This document shows positions 30,979 through 41,369 of a DNA stretch of 64,000 nucleotides, piece after piece (positions within the stretch are counted from its first letter, which is position 1; each line of letters opens with the position of its first letter). This DNA comes from Thermoproteota archaeon. GTDB lineage: Archaea > Thermoproteota > Thermoprotei > Thermofilales > B9-G17. Made by a program: the position numbers and the translations under genes. The DNA is taken from assembly GCA_029258885.1 (NCBI GenBank), contig JAPDJW010000010.1, positions 1 to 64,000 of the forward strand. Reading direction: 5' to 3'. The notes below the pieces were generated by a model. It saw only the letters and a program-made list of their open reading frames with translations. It had not been told where the DNA came from and did not search any database.

Positions 30979-31296
30979 GTGTGGATGGGCTTTAGGATTA
31001 AGGTTATTGTTGAGAAGGTGGATGGATACTGTGCGCTTGGATATAAGGTTGGTGATTCATTCGTTATAGAAAGATACTATATACTACCGGGCAACGTGAA
31101 AATATGTATCCACGCTTTCTCGGCAATGTTAACTCTGCTATCAGCCTTCATTCACGGGGTAGATGCAGATAAATTGGGTATAGGTAAAGATAAGGATGTA
31201 GGTTTCCTCCAATGTCCAGATCCCGGGAAACCGTACACCTGTGGAGGTACTGTGCTCTTCAAGCTTATAAGGGAGAGAATTGAGGATAGCGTATGA
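30979..31296 (+). CDS. TIGR04076-family protein
   Basis: KVDGYCALGYKVGD.F, ICIHAF, QCPDPG....GGTVLF. Confidence 0.8.
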   Translation: MWMGFRIKVIVEKVDGYCALGYKVGDSFVIERYYILPGNVKICIHAFSAMLTLLSAFIHGVDADKLGIGKDKDVGFLQCPDPGKPYTCGGTVLFKLIRERIEDSV

Positions 31297-31760
31297 TAAG
31301 ATTGACATGGATCGATATCGAGAAAGCCATAGATAATGCATATAGATACTTCAAAAGTCGTGGAATAGATGTAGTGGTTGGAATATTAAGAGGAGGTGTA
31401 GTTCCAGCAATAATGCTATCTAAACGTCTAAACGTCGATCTATACGTCTTAGGCGTGAGGAGATATAGTGATTTGAAGCCTCCTCAAGTTATTAGCGATC
31501 CCGGAGTTATAACCTGTAAATGTATCGGCGATGTTAAGGATAAAACAGTATTACTAGTTGATGATTTTGCGAATACGGGTATTACTTTAAAGCTGGCCAG
31601 TAAGATTCTTTACGAGAGTAGAGTAGCTAAAGTTTACACCTACGTGGTTGTTAAGAGGGGTTTTGCTTGGGTAGATTACTACTCATTTAAATTCGATGAA
31701 TGCGTGATTTTCCCGTGGGAATATCTGGCTATACGTGAACACAAAGATAATATATCTTAG
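31293..31760 (+). CDS. Purine-type phosphoribosyltransferase
   Basis: VGILRGGVVPA, PRPP loop VLLVDDFANTGITL, VDYY, FPWE. Confidence 0.88.
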   Translation: MIRLTWIDIEKAIDNAYRYFKSRGIDVVVGILRGGVVPAIMLSKRLNVDLYVLGVRRYSDLKPPQVISDPGVITCKCIGDVKDKTVLLVDDFANTGITLKLASKILYESRVAKVYTYVVVKRGFAWVDYYSFKFDECVIFPWEYLAIREHKDNIS

Positions 31761-31796
31761 CGTCAATAAGTAACTTGAAGCTGGAAAGCTCCTAGG

Positions 31797-32342
31797 GTGG
31801 TTAAAATTAGCCTCCGAGACATAACAGTTAAGGAAGCAATGACTAGGAGAGTTATAACTATCCACCCCGATGCTACAGTGGATAGAGCTGCTAAGAAAAT
31901 GACGAGAGCTAGAGTTGGAACATTAATTGTTATGGAGAATGGGAAGCCTATTGGAATACTGACCGACTCAGACATACTGAGGAAGGTTGTTGCGAAAAAC
32001 CTTAAACCATCTGAGGTTCGTGTTAAGGATATTATGTCTTCCCCCATTATAACGGTTAGTCCTAGCGATACTCTCGAAGAGGCTAAAAATAAGATGATGA
32101 TCTATAAGGTTAGAAGGCTGCCCGTGGTTGAGGGAGGGGAGCTTAGAGGTATAATAACTGCAACCGATATAATGAGGATTCATCCAGAAATAGTCATGCT
32201 TATGAGATCCGAGAAACCTACTGTAGCGGGAGAGCCTGCATTCGGTATGTGCGAGAGATGCTACAATTACTCCGAGGATTTAAGATACGTTAATGGAAGA
32301 TGGCTTTGCCTGCAGTGTAGGGAAGAGCTAGGCTATAAGTAG
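31797..32342 (+). CDS. CBS-pair protein with C-terminal Zn ribbon
   Basis: Two CBS repeats; CERC...LCLQC. Confidence 0.9.
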   Translation: MVKISLRDITVKEAMTRRVITIHPDATVDRAAKKMTRARVGTLIVMENGKPIGILTDSDILRKVVAKNLKPSEVRVKDIMSSPIITVSPSDTLEEAKNKMMIYKVRRLPVVEGGELRGIITATDIMRIHPEIVMLMRSEKPTVAGEPAFGMCERCYNYSEDLRYVNGRWLCLQCREELGYK

Positions 32343-32464
32343 CTCTACTTTACGGGGTTTTGATGGATTATCTAGTTTAATAAGTTGATACGAGACATCT
32401 TATCCGTTACATGCTTATTTTAAATATAAAATACTTATTGATTGATGCTTCTTAATAATATACG

Positions 32465-33265
32465 ATGAAGAAGTACATTAGATATGAATTAGATAGATTA
32501 ATCTATATGCCGGGGAGGACCATATACGGTGTATACATACAACTTAATCCCAGAGTTTTATTTGAGGTTGGAATAATCAGGGAGATATCGGATATCATAG
32601 CTAGTAGGGGTATTCCAATAATTCATCTACTTCTTTCAGTACCTAATATGGCTTTATCGATGGAGCCTATCAATTTAACTGTTTTTATAGATTTGACTGG
32701 CAGGGAAAATTTAATTAATGATCTTATTAACGAGTTTAGGGTTTTAGATTACGTAGAGAAGGTTAGGACTATAAAGCCTATTAGGAATGGTTTAGCTGTT
32801 GAGGACGTATTTTTCCCCGTTACAGTGCTTGGAGAAAGAGCAGTAATTCTGAGGAAGCCTGGTATAGATGCTTTTATAAATGGTCTTAGAAGGGAGCTGG
32901 GGGAGGCTTATGAATCAATATTGTACCATATAGGCTTTGAGCTTGGATCGGAGTTCTATAAGAGTCATATAAAGCTAGCTGGTGGCGATAAAGATCTTGT
33001 AGTAAAGATAGCATGTGAGCTATTTAGGATAGCTGGATTCGGAATAATAGAAGTTACTAAGTTTAATTACGATGAGATGTATGGGGAACTCATAGTTAGG
33101 GATAATTTTGAGTGTAAGAGCGTTGGATCATCAAATTCACCATCAGGTTTCTTCGTAGGCGGTATACTGGCTGGATGGATAAGCGAATACTTCGGTAGGG
33201 AGATTAGGGTTAGAGAGGTAGAATGTATAGCTAAGGGTGATGAATATTGTAGATATATTTTTTGA
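32465..33265 (+). CDS. ACT-like + V4R domain protein (paralog of 26096..26896)
   Basis: Shared PGRTIYG start; LYHIGFELG, GFG, NFEC, GILAG, EVECIAKGDEYC. Confidence 0.85.
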   Translation: MKKYIRYELDRLIYMPGRTIYGVYIQLNPRVLFEVGIIREISDIIASRGIPIIHLLLSVPNMALSMEPINLTVFIDLTGRENLINDLINEFRVLDYVEKVRTIKPIRNGLAVEDVFFPVTVLGERAVILRKPGIDAFINGLRRELGEAYESILYHIGFELGSEFYKSHIKLAGGDKDLVVKIACELFRIAGFGIIEVTKFNYDEMYGELIVRDNFECKSVGSSNSPSGFFVGGILAGWISEYFGREIRVREVECIAKGDEYCRYIF

Positions 33266-33277
33266 GAAAATTTAGCG

Positions 33278-34756
33278 TTATTCGGGATATAGGATAGATA
33301 GCATCCACTCAACTTTAGGATATATTCTCCTTAAAACTTCTCTTGGAATAAATGCTAGAACTATATCGCTTAGTTCACTTTTGCTAATTACATTAGTTCT
33401 GGTGTATACTAGCACCGTAGCTACTAATATAGCTGATACCGAAATTACCCAGTGGACGTTAATAAGGGAAAAAATTAAGCCTAAGATCGTTGGAGTTGCT
33501 ATAATTACTAGAAGCTCTCTAAAATTAGCTTTAAACCCTACTTTATGGGCTATCATTATAGAGGCTATGAGCCCGGATAAAGATCCGATGGTATAGCTTA
33601 TAGCTGCTCCTAAACCCTTAAGTATAGGTGTAAACTGATAATATAGTATAATTCTCGGAATATTCTGAAATACGCCTATCAAAAATACGTACATATAGAT
33701 TCCGTAGGCATAAACTAACGTACTTATACCTGAGGAAAACGCAACTGGAAGTATTCCTAGGGCAAGCACAGTAAATATATCCTTAGCTTCCAGATACTCC
33801 CTACCTAGGATGCTGAGAGGAAGCCATGAATAAAGTATAGCTAAAACTGTTGCAGGAGCTGAAACAGCTAGAGATAGCTTTATCGTCTTCCACGCTAGCC
33901 TTTTTCTCCCATCCTTCATCCCGCTTAATAGTGGAAGCATTAATGCATTAAAACTAACGGGAATAGCAAGGACACCATTAACTATAGCGAAGACTGCATA
34001 ATAATGTCCCGTCTCTACGGCACCAATTTTACTAAACACCGTGAGAACGCCTAGCCAGTTGCCTATAGAGGTAATCACTTGAGGAAGCCAGAAGGCTATT
34101 CCAGCCTTAGCAGTTTCAATGAATGCACCACAGTCAAAGATAGGCTTTATCCTGATGAGTTTAAAAGAGTACATAAGCATTGAGACTAGAGATACGGTGT
34201 TTGCTATACATGTAGCGAGAATTACGCCTAGCCAACCATAATCAGCCTTAATTAGAGCTACTCCCAGAATAAGCCTTAGAATACTAGTAGCTAATGATAC
34301 TATGAATAGGATTTCCGTTTTAGCAAATACTATGAACACTGTATCGAAAGCTATGGATAATGTCAGAAACATCAATATACCTGCGTATATTAGTTGTTCC
34401 CCTGTCAATCTAAATAAAGGTATATTATTGATAGCCAATGCTACAAGAAGTGCTAGTAAGAGTGATCTTGTAGCTAAGGAATAATTAAACGCAGTTGAAA
34501 AGTATCTTGAAACCATGTTAATATCTCTTGATCCGAGGCCTATGCCCATGAATCGCCTAACTCCAGTAAATATTCCAAGCGATATTATTCCTGCAAGCAT
34601 AGCTGCTAGACCTGATATAGCACTCGCTATTCCAAGTATCTCAGATCCACCTATGATAGACACTATAACCCAGAATACAAAGCCTATCATCTGCCCTATT
34701 AAGAGACGAAGGTAAAGGAATGTACCACCTCTGACAATTTTCCTAAAGCTCATCAT
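33278..34756 (-). CDS. Oligosaccharide flippase (MOP/Wzx family)
   Basis: About 12-14 TM helices; G.YYA...I...V..IP.SFN.L.LP.LS pattern. Confidence 0.82.
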   Translation of the reverse strand: MMSFRKIVRGGTFLYLRLLIGQMIGFVFWVIVSIIGGSEILGIASAISGLAAMLAGIISLGIFTGVRRFMGIGLGSRDINMVSRYFSTAFNYSLATRSLLLALLVALAINNIPLFRLTGEQLIYAGILMFLTLSIAFDTVFIVFAKTEILFIVSLATSILRLILGVALIKADYGWLGVILATCIANTVSLVSMLMYSFKLIRIKPIFDCGAFIETAKAGIAFWLPQVITSIGNWLGVLTVFSKIGAVETGHYYAVFAIVNGVLAIPVSFNALMLPLLSGMKDGRKRLAWKTIKLSLAVSAPATVLAILYSWLPLSILGREYLEAKDIFTVLALGILPVAFSSGISTLVYAYGIYMYVFLIGVFQNIPRIILYYQFTPILKGLGAAISYTIGSLSGLIASIMIAHKVGFKANFRELLVIIATPTILGLIFSLINVHWVISVSAILVATVLVYTRTNVISKSELSDIVLAFIPREVLRRIYPKVEWMLSILYPE

Positions 34757-34923
34757 CCCACGGGCTTCTTTAGCTGAGCTTTAATAATTTATTTAATCAC
34801 TTAAATTATTAACGAACAGTAGCTCTATGATATGGAGTTAGCAACATAATAGTTCATCTATTTAGCTAAGTTTTTAAACACCCTAATTTAATAAGTATTA
34901 TACAGAGTGGCAAGGGATGATGT

Positions 34924-36273
34924 ATGAAGATTTCTATAAGAACACTTAAAATTGCTTCAGTAGCTATCGCAACCATTGGAATAATCGTCGCCTATCTCCT
35001 TGCAAGAACTACCTCTGCCCCGCTGATGTCCATAATTGAACTAAGGGGAAATTACGCCATAAACTATGCTACAATAAGAATTAGAGGAGTTGTTTCAGAT
35101 TATCCATACATCGATAACTCGACCGGCCGCCTCTACATCTCCTTCGAGGTAAATGATGGAACTGATACCATTAGCGTTAGAGTATACTCGCCTACATCGA
35201 TTAAGCTGGTAAATCTGGGTCTCCTACCCTTTTTAGGGGATGAGGTGGAGATAGAGGGTCAGGTTAGAGTTAAGGAGGACTACGTGTATATGGTTCTCCA
35301 GGATGTAAGGGGATTAAAAATACTTGGGACGCCGCAGTTCGAAGGAAACGTATCTTCGTTATCCATATGGGATAACTATAAATACTTAGGCGCTGAAGGC
35401 TATGTAAGCGGTTTAAGAACAGTTTCATCCGGATATCTATTCGATATAAAGACCTCTGGAGGGTCAATAACCGTTTTAGTCCCGTACGGTCTAATGTACG
35501 TTGAGCCGGAGCTATACCTCAACTTCACTAAGAATATAGCTGATGGAAGGAGGGTATACATTAGGGGAATAGTATACCTGTATAGGGGTACACAACCCGA
35601 ATTTGTCGTAAAGACGCTTAAGGATGTATTCTTCCTAAAGGAGAAGGGGGCAGTTACAGAGCTTCTGAAGCTCGGCGACTTTATATCAAATATAGGTAAA
35701 TATAAGGATAATATTGTCGGTGTTGAGGCGCGGCTAAACAGAATATTCTACCACAGCGATACGAGAAGCTATACCGTAGAGTTCACCGATCCCAGCAACC
35801 TCAATATTAAATTCAACATGAGCGTCTCATCATCCTCCATCCTATATAAATCGCTCAATGGACTCTACTCGCTTACAGGAACCCTTCTAAACCTATCAGT
35901 ATATGTATCGGGATCGCTGGCCGTTGATGTTAGGAAGATATCGGTCATAGAGTATCCGGTCAACAGTATGGAGGAGCTTAAGCAGGCTAAAGTCGATATA
36001 GGCGATATAGGCGAAGACGACAGAGGGGTAATATATGCGGTCGTTGGAACGGTTACGTCAGACCCCAGCATAGTTGGATCAAGCCTAAAGTTTAAGCTTA
36101 AGGACAATACGGGCGCGATAGACGTATTCATACCTGGAGGAAAATACATGAAGAATTGGGAGAGCCTAATAAGGAGCGGCGCAAAGCTGGTAGTAGTGGG
36201 ATACGTGGACATATACAGGGGCGCCCTAGAGATAGTCGTATACGATTTCGACGGTGTAGCGGAGGATCCCTAG
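34924..36273 (+). CDS. Membrane-anchored multi-OB-fold (nucleic-acid-binding type) protein
   Basis: N-terminal TM, then 3-4 OB-like repeats (IRGVV...FEVNDGTDTISVRVY...GDEVEIEGQV; KLKDNTGAIDVF...VVGYVDIYRGALEI); five NxS/T sequons. Confidence 0.75.
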   Translation: MKISIRTLKIASVAIATIGIIVAYLLARTTSAPLMSIIELRGNYAINYATIRIRGVVSDYPYIDNSTGRLYISFEVNDGTDTISVRVYSPTSIKLVNLGLLPFLGDEVEIEGQVRVKEDYVYMVLQDVRGLKILGTPQFEGNVSSLSIWDNYKYLGAEGYVSGLRTVSSGYLFDIKTSGGSITVLVPYGLMYVEPELYLNFTKNIADGRRVYIRGIVYLYRGTQPEFVVKTLKDVFFLKEKGAVTELLKLGDFISNIGKYKDNIVGVEARLNRIFYHSDTRSYTVEFTDPSNLNIKFNMSVSSSSILYKSLNGLYSLTGTLLNLSVYVSGSLAVDVRKISVIEYPVNSMEELKQAKVDIGDIGEDDRGVIYAVVGTVTSDPSIVGSSLKFKLKDNTGAIDVFIPGGKYMKNWESLIRSGAKLVVVGYVDIYRGALEIVVYDFDGVAEDP

Positions 36274-36283
36274 GTGATGGACC

Positions 36284-37600
36284 ATGATAGATTTCATAAC
36301 AGTCCTATACTACAGCGTCCTCGGGACAATAGTTGGAGTAGCATTATCCTGGCTGCCGGGCTTCCATATATACAACGTCATAGCGGTATTATTTATAGTA
36401 ATGGGCTTCGAATCCTTTATTCCAGCCGAGTTCATACCATTCTTCATGTTAAGTGCGATAATAGCCTTCTCCTTCGTAAACCTCCTACCAGCAATATTCC
36501 TAAGCGTAGCAGACGACACCCTAATATTCCTCCTATTCCCGTCCCAAAGAGCCCTACTGCTGGGAAAGGGATATAGGGCGATGCTTCTATCCCTACTAGG
36601 TGCGCTTGGAGGCGCTATGCTACTCTTCGCTTTAAGCCCAGTATTGGCGATAATACTCCCCATAGTCTACAACCTAACCTCAAACTACATACACGTATTC
36701 ATAGCAGCACTAATACTCTTCATGTTCATGTCTGAGTGGCACAGATACGGGGAGAAGGTGGGTAGCCCACTTTCAAGGCTACTTGATGCGTGGAAGCAAT
36801 CCTTCGCCGGACTATTCGTATTCTTCGCCTCGGGAATACTCGGATTCATAGCTATGCGTAGACCCATAGTACCCCCCGATAGAGCATACCTAAACCTCAT
36901 GCCCCTCTTCATAGGAGCATTCGGCATGGCATGGGTAGTATTCAACCTAATATCAAACGTACAGATACCCAAGCAGGAAATAATGGATAAGGTGGAGATC
37001 AGCCTACCAAATTACCTGAGGGGGCTTGTATCCGGAGTATTCGGGGGAATAATAGCAGCTCTATATCCTCTCATAACTGGAGGAATGGGGGCACTAGTTG
37101 CAGGCCACCTAGTCAATCCAACCAGTGAGGACGAATTCCTGATATCTCAGGGCGCCAATAGAGTAGTGTACTATGTTGGAGCATACTTCCTCCTATTCAT
37201 GCCAACCTTCAGAATTATAAGGGGGACTGGAGCCTGGATAACCGCTGGAATATACATACCAAAGCTCTATGAGGAGTACGTTTTAGCGTTAGGTATACTC
37301 CTATTTGTATCCGGAATATCGTTCCTAGCAACCCTGCTAATAGGTAGAGTGTACGTGAGCCTAGTGACTAGGATAAGCTACAAGAAGCTCTCCCTCATAA
37401 CTATGGCGATGCTAGTGATAATAACCTACGTAGGAACGGGATTAATGGGTATATTCTACATGACTATAGCCACTTTCCTAGGACTAGTAGCTGGCCTATA
37501 CAATACCAGGAGGTCGTATCCACTCGGCCTCCTCCTATTTCCAGTACTCCTAAGCATGACCGGGACAGCGGATATACTGTGTGAAATACTCGGAATATAG
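36284..37600 (+). CDS. TctA-family (tripartite tricarboxylate transporter-like) permease
   Basis: LPGFHIYN, LPAIFLSV.DD...LFP.Q..LL.GKG.RA.LLS..G; about 12 TM helices. Confidence 0.78.
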   Translation: MIDFITVLYYSVLGTIVGVALSWLPGFHIYNVIAVLFIVMGFESFIPAEFIPFFMLSAIIAFSFVNLLPAIFLSVADDTLIFLLFPSQRALLLGKGYRAMLLSLLGALGGAMLLFALSPVLAIILPIVYNLTSNYIHVFIAALILFMFMSEWHRYGEKVGSPLSRLLDAWKQSFAGLFVFFASGILGFIAMRRPIVPPDRAYLNLMPLFIGAFGMAWVVFNLISNVQIPKQEIMDKVEISLPNYLRGLVSGVFGGIIAALYPLITGGMGALVAGHLVNPTSEDEFLISQGANRVVYYVGAYFLLFMPTFRIIRGTGAWITAGIYIPKLYEEYVLALGILLFVSGISFLATLLIGRVYVSLVTRISYKKLSLITMAMLVIITYVGTGLMGIFYMTIATFLGLVAGLYNTRRSYPLGLLLFPVLLSMTGTADILCEILGI

Positions 37601-37608
37601 GTGGTTAA

Positions 37609-38643
37609 ATGAGGGGCTTCACCCACTTCCTCTCCGGCCTATCTATAGCAACGTTCTTTAAAAGCCTACTGAAGGATGCATTAAACGGAGGACTATGGAT
37701 GCTCGTACCGGCTGCATTCGCCTACCTTCCCGACTTCCTGGACTTCAAGATATACAAGCACTTCGAGAAGTGGGACTACATAATTAAGCCGAAATATGAC
37801 GACATGAATCCCCAGGAGATAGCTGAAACAATAGCTAAGGCGATAGATGAAGCATACGAGACAGGCAAGGACGTTAGGTTAAAGTGTTTTACAGCTAGAG
37901 CACCCGGAGACGTATACAGAAAATACAGCGTAAGGTTTAGGTCGGATAAGAATGAGATAGAGGTAGTTGTAGGCCCACTCGTTACTCCATCGGGCACAGA
38001 GGTGGAGGGCACAGAGCCTCCACCCGATAAAAGGGTGGGAATAGCTAAAACTAAGCACCCGTTTTCTAAAAAGTATCCCAGGCCATTCGAGGTCAAGGGC
38101 TTCCATGGACCATCCTACCAGTTCATTAGGGAGGGCGATGTTGTTGAAGTAAACTTCCTCCCATGGCATAGGGAGTGGGCTCACAGCTTCATAACTGGAA
38201 TAATATTCGGTGCAGTACTATACCTAATAACAGCTTTCGTCATAAGGCTGGATTTTGCGCTTGATTTAACTATAGCATCTATACTCGGCTTCTGGGCTCA
38301 TATAATAGAGGATCACATGGGCATGATGGGCGGAAACCTATTCTGGCCGATAACTAGGAAGCGTACGCCTGGCTTCGCCTTGAGCGAGTCAGGCTCAATG
38401 TTCATGAACATGGGTACGGCATGGTTCTTCATAACATTAATGCTCTACAATTTCAATCAGGCGGCAACAATAAAGTACATACCGCTAGACCCTATGAGAT
38501 ACTACGTAATCGTAACGATACTGCCAACGGCAATACTCTACGCTATAGGCGTAATCTACCATCGAGAGGTTGTATTAAAGAAGTGGGCTGAAGCAGAGCA
38601 GAGGGAGGAAATAGAGGAGGTCTCGGAGTTCAGGGAAGGATAG
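37609..38643 (+). CDS. Membrane metal-dependent hydrolase (YdjM/DUF457-like) with large soluble insertion
   Basis: MRGFTH, LPDFLD, HREWAHS, HIIED, LFWP. Confidence 0.82.
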   Translation: MRGFTHFLSGLSIATFFKSLLKDALNGGLWMLVPAAFAYLPDFLDFKIYKHFEKWDYIIKPKYDDMNPQEIAETIAKAIDEAYETGKDVRLKCFTARAPGDVYRKYSVRFRSDKNEIEVVVGPLVTPSGTEVEGTEPPPDKRVGIAKTKHPFSKKYPRPFEVKGFHGPSYQFIREGDVVEVNFLPWHREWAHSFITGIIFGAVLYLITAFVIRLDFALDLTIASILGFWAHIIEDHMGMMGGNLFWPITRKRTPGFALSESGSMFMNMGTAWFFITLMLYNFNQAATIKYIPLDPMRYYVIVTILPTAILYAIGVIYHREVVLKKWAEAEQREEIEEVSEFREG

Positions 38644-39585
38644 CTAAATTCTTTTCCTCGAATAATAGCTGAAGGCTTTTTTAAGATTTCTCAGCAACGA
38701 ATAGGCGTAAACCCATCTTCTCAGGAAATAGTAGGGCAGTATACCTAGGCTCCTAGCCTTTAACGCTACACCAAATACTCCAAGAGGCAGTAGGAATCTA
38801 AATATCACGTAGAGCCAGGCGTATCTTCCAAGAACTCTATATATAATCGGTTTAAAGTGGTAGGCCCGCCACACTATAGGCGTATTTCTATATTTTGCAA
38901 TTAGGTAAGCGTATCCCCTACCCCATCCCTTCTGCTCCCTTATTAAATCCCTAAGTCTCGATCTATGAATCGAAACCGTGCCCCTAACGTCAACGACGCC
39001 TATTCTAAATCCTTTTAATCTAGCTCTAAAGCCGAAGTCTACGTCATCGCAGCCGAACTCGGGATACGTCCAAAACTTTACCTGATCCCATACTTTACGC
39101 TTAAATGATATGAAGTCTCCAGCTGCAAACCACCTATCCTCACGCATTTTCTTAGAGTAAGCCTTACCGTGCATCCTCAGAAATATCTCGTATCTAAACA
39201 GCTTAGGGATATTCATTGAGAGTAGTCGCTGATAGTCGCTTGCAACATCAATAATATCGTAGCTTTCCATAGCCTTAACTATCTCCACGAAATGGTCTCT
39301 ACCAACTATACAGTCGGCGTCAACGAAGCATATCACATCCCCCCTAGCGTTGCTTATCCCTATGTTGCGGGCTATGCCTATGCCTCTGCCCTCATCGTAA
39401 ACGACCCTAATGTATTTAGAGTATTTCTTCAGAATATATGGAGTGTTATCGGTAGAATGCGCATCAACTACAACGATCTCTCTATCCCATCCCTCAGGAA
39501 CACGACTCTTAACTATAGACCTAAGACACGTCTCTAACGTATCTCCATTATTCTTACTTAACACAATAACCGAGAGTACGGGCAT
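38644..39585 (-). CDS. GT2 glycosyltransferase
   Basis: Likely start MPVLSVIV at 39585; VVDAHSTD, ARNIG, FVDAD, DDVDF. Confidence 0.9.
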   Translation of the reverse strand: MPVLSVIVLSKNNGDTLETCLRSIVKSRVPEGWDREIVVVDAHSTDNTPYILKKYSKYIRVVYDEGRGIGIARNIGISNARGDVICFVDADCIVGRDHFVEIVKAMESYDIIDVASDYQRLLSMNIPKLFRYEIFLRMHGKAYSKKMREDRWFAAGDFISFKRKVWDQVKFWTYPEFGCDDVDFGFRARLKGFRIGVVDVRGTVSIHRSRLRDLIREQKGWGRGYAYLIAKYRNTPIVWRAYHFKPIIYRVLGRYAWLYVIFRFLLPLGVFGVALKARSLGILPYYFLRRWVYAYSLLRNLKKAFSYYSRKRI

Positions 39586-39773
39586 CAATACATCCCTTAG
39601 TTTAAACATATTCATTAAGTTTTTATTAAATAATATTTGCCTTAAATATCCAATAGCTAGCGGCTATTTATTCTAAATGCTCTTATCCGGTTTAACATAC
39701 GGTGAGGCAATTGAAGTTAAGAGAGAAAGCTTAAAAGGTAACTAAAAACTTAATTAAGCGTATTCTAGGTAGG

Positions 39774-41228
39774 ATGGTCTTCATGGAGAAGAGGGTCTGT
39801 GTAGTAGGCTTAGATGGGGCTAATTTACCGCTTTTTCGCCACTACTTTCAGAATAAAGTGCCTAATATGATTCTTACCAATATGAGGACAATACTGCCAC
39901 CCTATACTCCAGCAGCGTGGACGTCGCTGTTAACCGGGGTGGAACCGGATAATCATGGAATATATGGATTTTTAAAGCTGAGTAGAAGAGGAAGAATTCC
40001 AAGAATTGTATATAATACGTCATTCGACGTTAAGTTTCCCCGTATATTCGAAATATTATCCGCATATAATCTAAAGTCGGTAGTTATTAATGCTCCACTT
40101 ACGTATCCAATCCGTGGCCTAATAAGACCCAAGAACTATGTGGTGGTATCGGACTGGGCTTGCCCCAAGCTATACTTATGGCCTCCAAGACTCAACCTGC
40201 GTTACAAAGAATACCTTGTACCACCTCCCCATGAGTGGTGGGCAGGAGCTTCTGTGGAGGAGTACGTTAAGACAATACAGGATTATACTAGAAACAGGCT
40301 CACAATATACTATGATATGCTTGAGGAAATTGATTGGACGCTCTTCTTCATCATATTTAGTGAAACAGACTGGCTTCTCCACAGGCTTCCACAGATTTTG
40401 AGGGGGCACGCTACAAACGCCGTAAGGAATCTCTTTGCAGAAATTGCTAGATTTATAGCACGTGCATGCACAATATCTGACCTAACTATCGTAGTTAGTG
40501 ATCATGGATTTCGTAGGAAAAAATGGGCAGTTAACGTGAATAGATATTTAGAAAAATATGGAATGCTTAAATTTACTATAAGCCCATCCCATAAGCGCGT
40601 AAGATATTCGATGTCAGCTAAAAATATGCTTAAATTTTCAATACTTACATTAGCTGACGTAGCAAGCAAATGTATAAACCTAGAAAAACTGCTGAGAATA
40701 AATGCTTTAAGGCGGAAAATTAGACTTGAAGTGGATCTCACTAAATCGAAGGCATTAATGCTTGAATGCGACGGTTGGGGGGTATATGCTTTAAATAAAA
40801 ATGAAATCGGTAAATTACGCGATATCCTAAGTTCAATTCCTGGAGTAATTAAAGTATATTCAAAAGAGGAAATATTCAGGGGTCCATATATAGATGAATT
40901 TCCCGACTTCGTTATAATACCTCATAAAGAAATCGAATTTCGTGTATCACCTGCTCGACCCTATCTTTCTAGGATAGAGGAAGGTGGACACGATTTTTAC
41001 GGAATTTTCGGCATATATGGTGATGAGGTTCAATCTAAGGGAGCGTTGCCGCACGAAGTATCTATCCTAGACATTACGCCGACTATACTTTATTATCTCA
41101 ATCTTCCGGTGACGAAAGAGATGAAAAATAAGATCATAAAATCGATATTCACCTTTAGGAGAAAGGTAGAGGTTTCAGAAAAGATCAAGCTTTTACATAA
41201 GCTAGCTAGATATAAATCCTTCAAATAA
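39774..41228 (+). CDS. Alkaline phosphatase superfamily (nucleotide pyrophosphatase/phosphodiesterase-like) protein
   Basis: GLDGA, PPYT..AWTSLLTG, HG.YGF, D...H, VSDHGF, GGH...G.F, DITPTIL. Confidence 0.85.
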   Translation: MVFMEKRVCVVGLDGANLPLFRHYFQNKVPNMILTNMRTILPPYTPAAWTSLLTGVEPDNHGIYGFLKLSRRGRIPRIVYNTSFDVKFPRIFEILSAYNLKSVVINAPLTYPIRGLIRPKNYVVVSDWACPKLYLWPPRLNLRYKEYLVPPPHEWWAGASVEEYVKTIQDYTRNRLTIYYDMLEEIDWTLFFIIFSETDWLLHRLPQILRGHATNAVRNLFAEIARFIARACTISDLTIVVSDHGFRRKKWAVNVNRYLEKYGMLKFTISPSHKRVRYSMSAKNMLKFSILTLADVASKCINLEKLLRINALRRKIRLEVDLTKSKALMLECDGWGVYALNKNEIGKLRDILSSIPGVIKVYSKEEIFRGPYIDEFPDFVIIPHKEIEFRVSPARPYLSRIEEGGHDFYGIFGIYGDEVQSKGALPHEVSILDITPTILYYLNLPVTKEMKNKIIKSIFTFRRKVEVSEKIKLLHKLARYKSFK

Positions 41229-41369
41229 GAGGTAATAGGCTCTAGGAAATATCGCCAGAGACTGAAATGAGAGTATCTAACGAAGATCATCGAGGGGAAT
41301 TTGGGAATAGCGCTTATAGTTAGGTTGCTTAGAGGCCTTTAATTTAAATACGTAAATAAAAATAATGTA

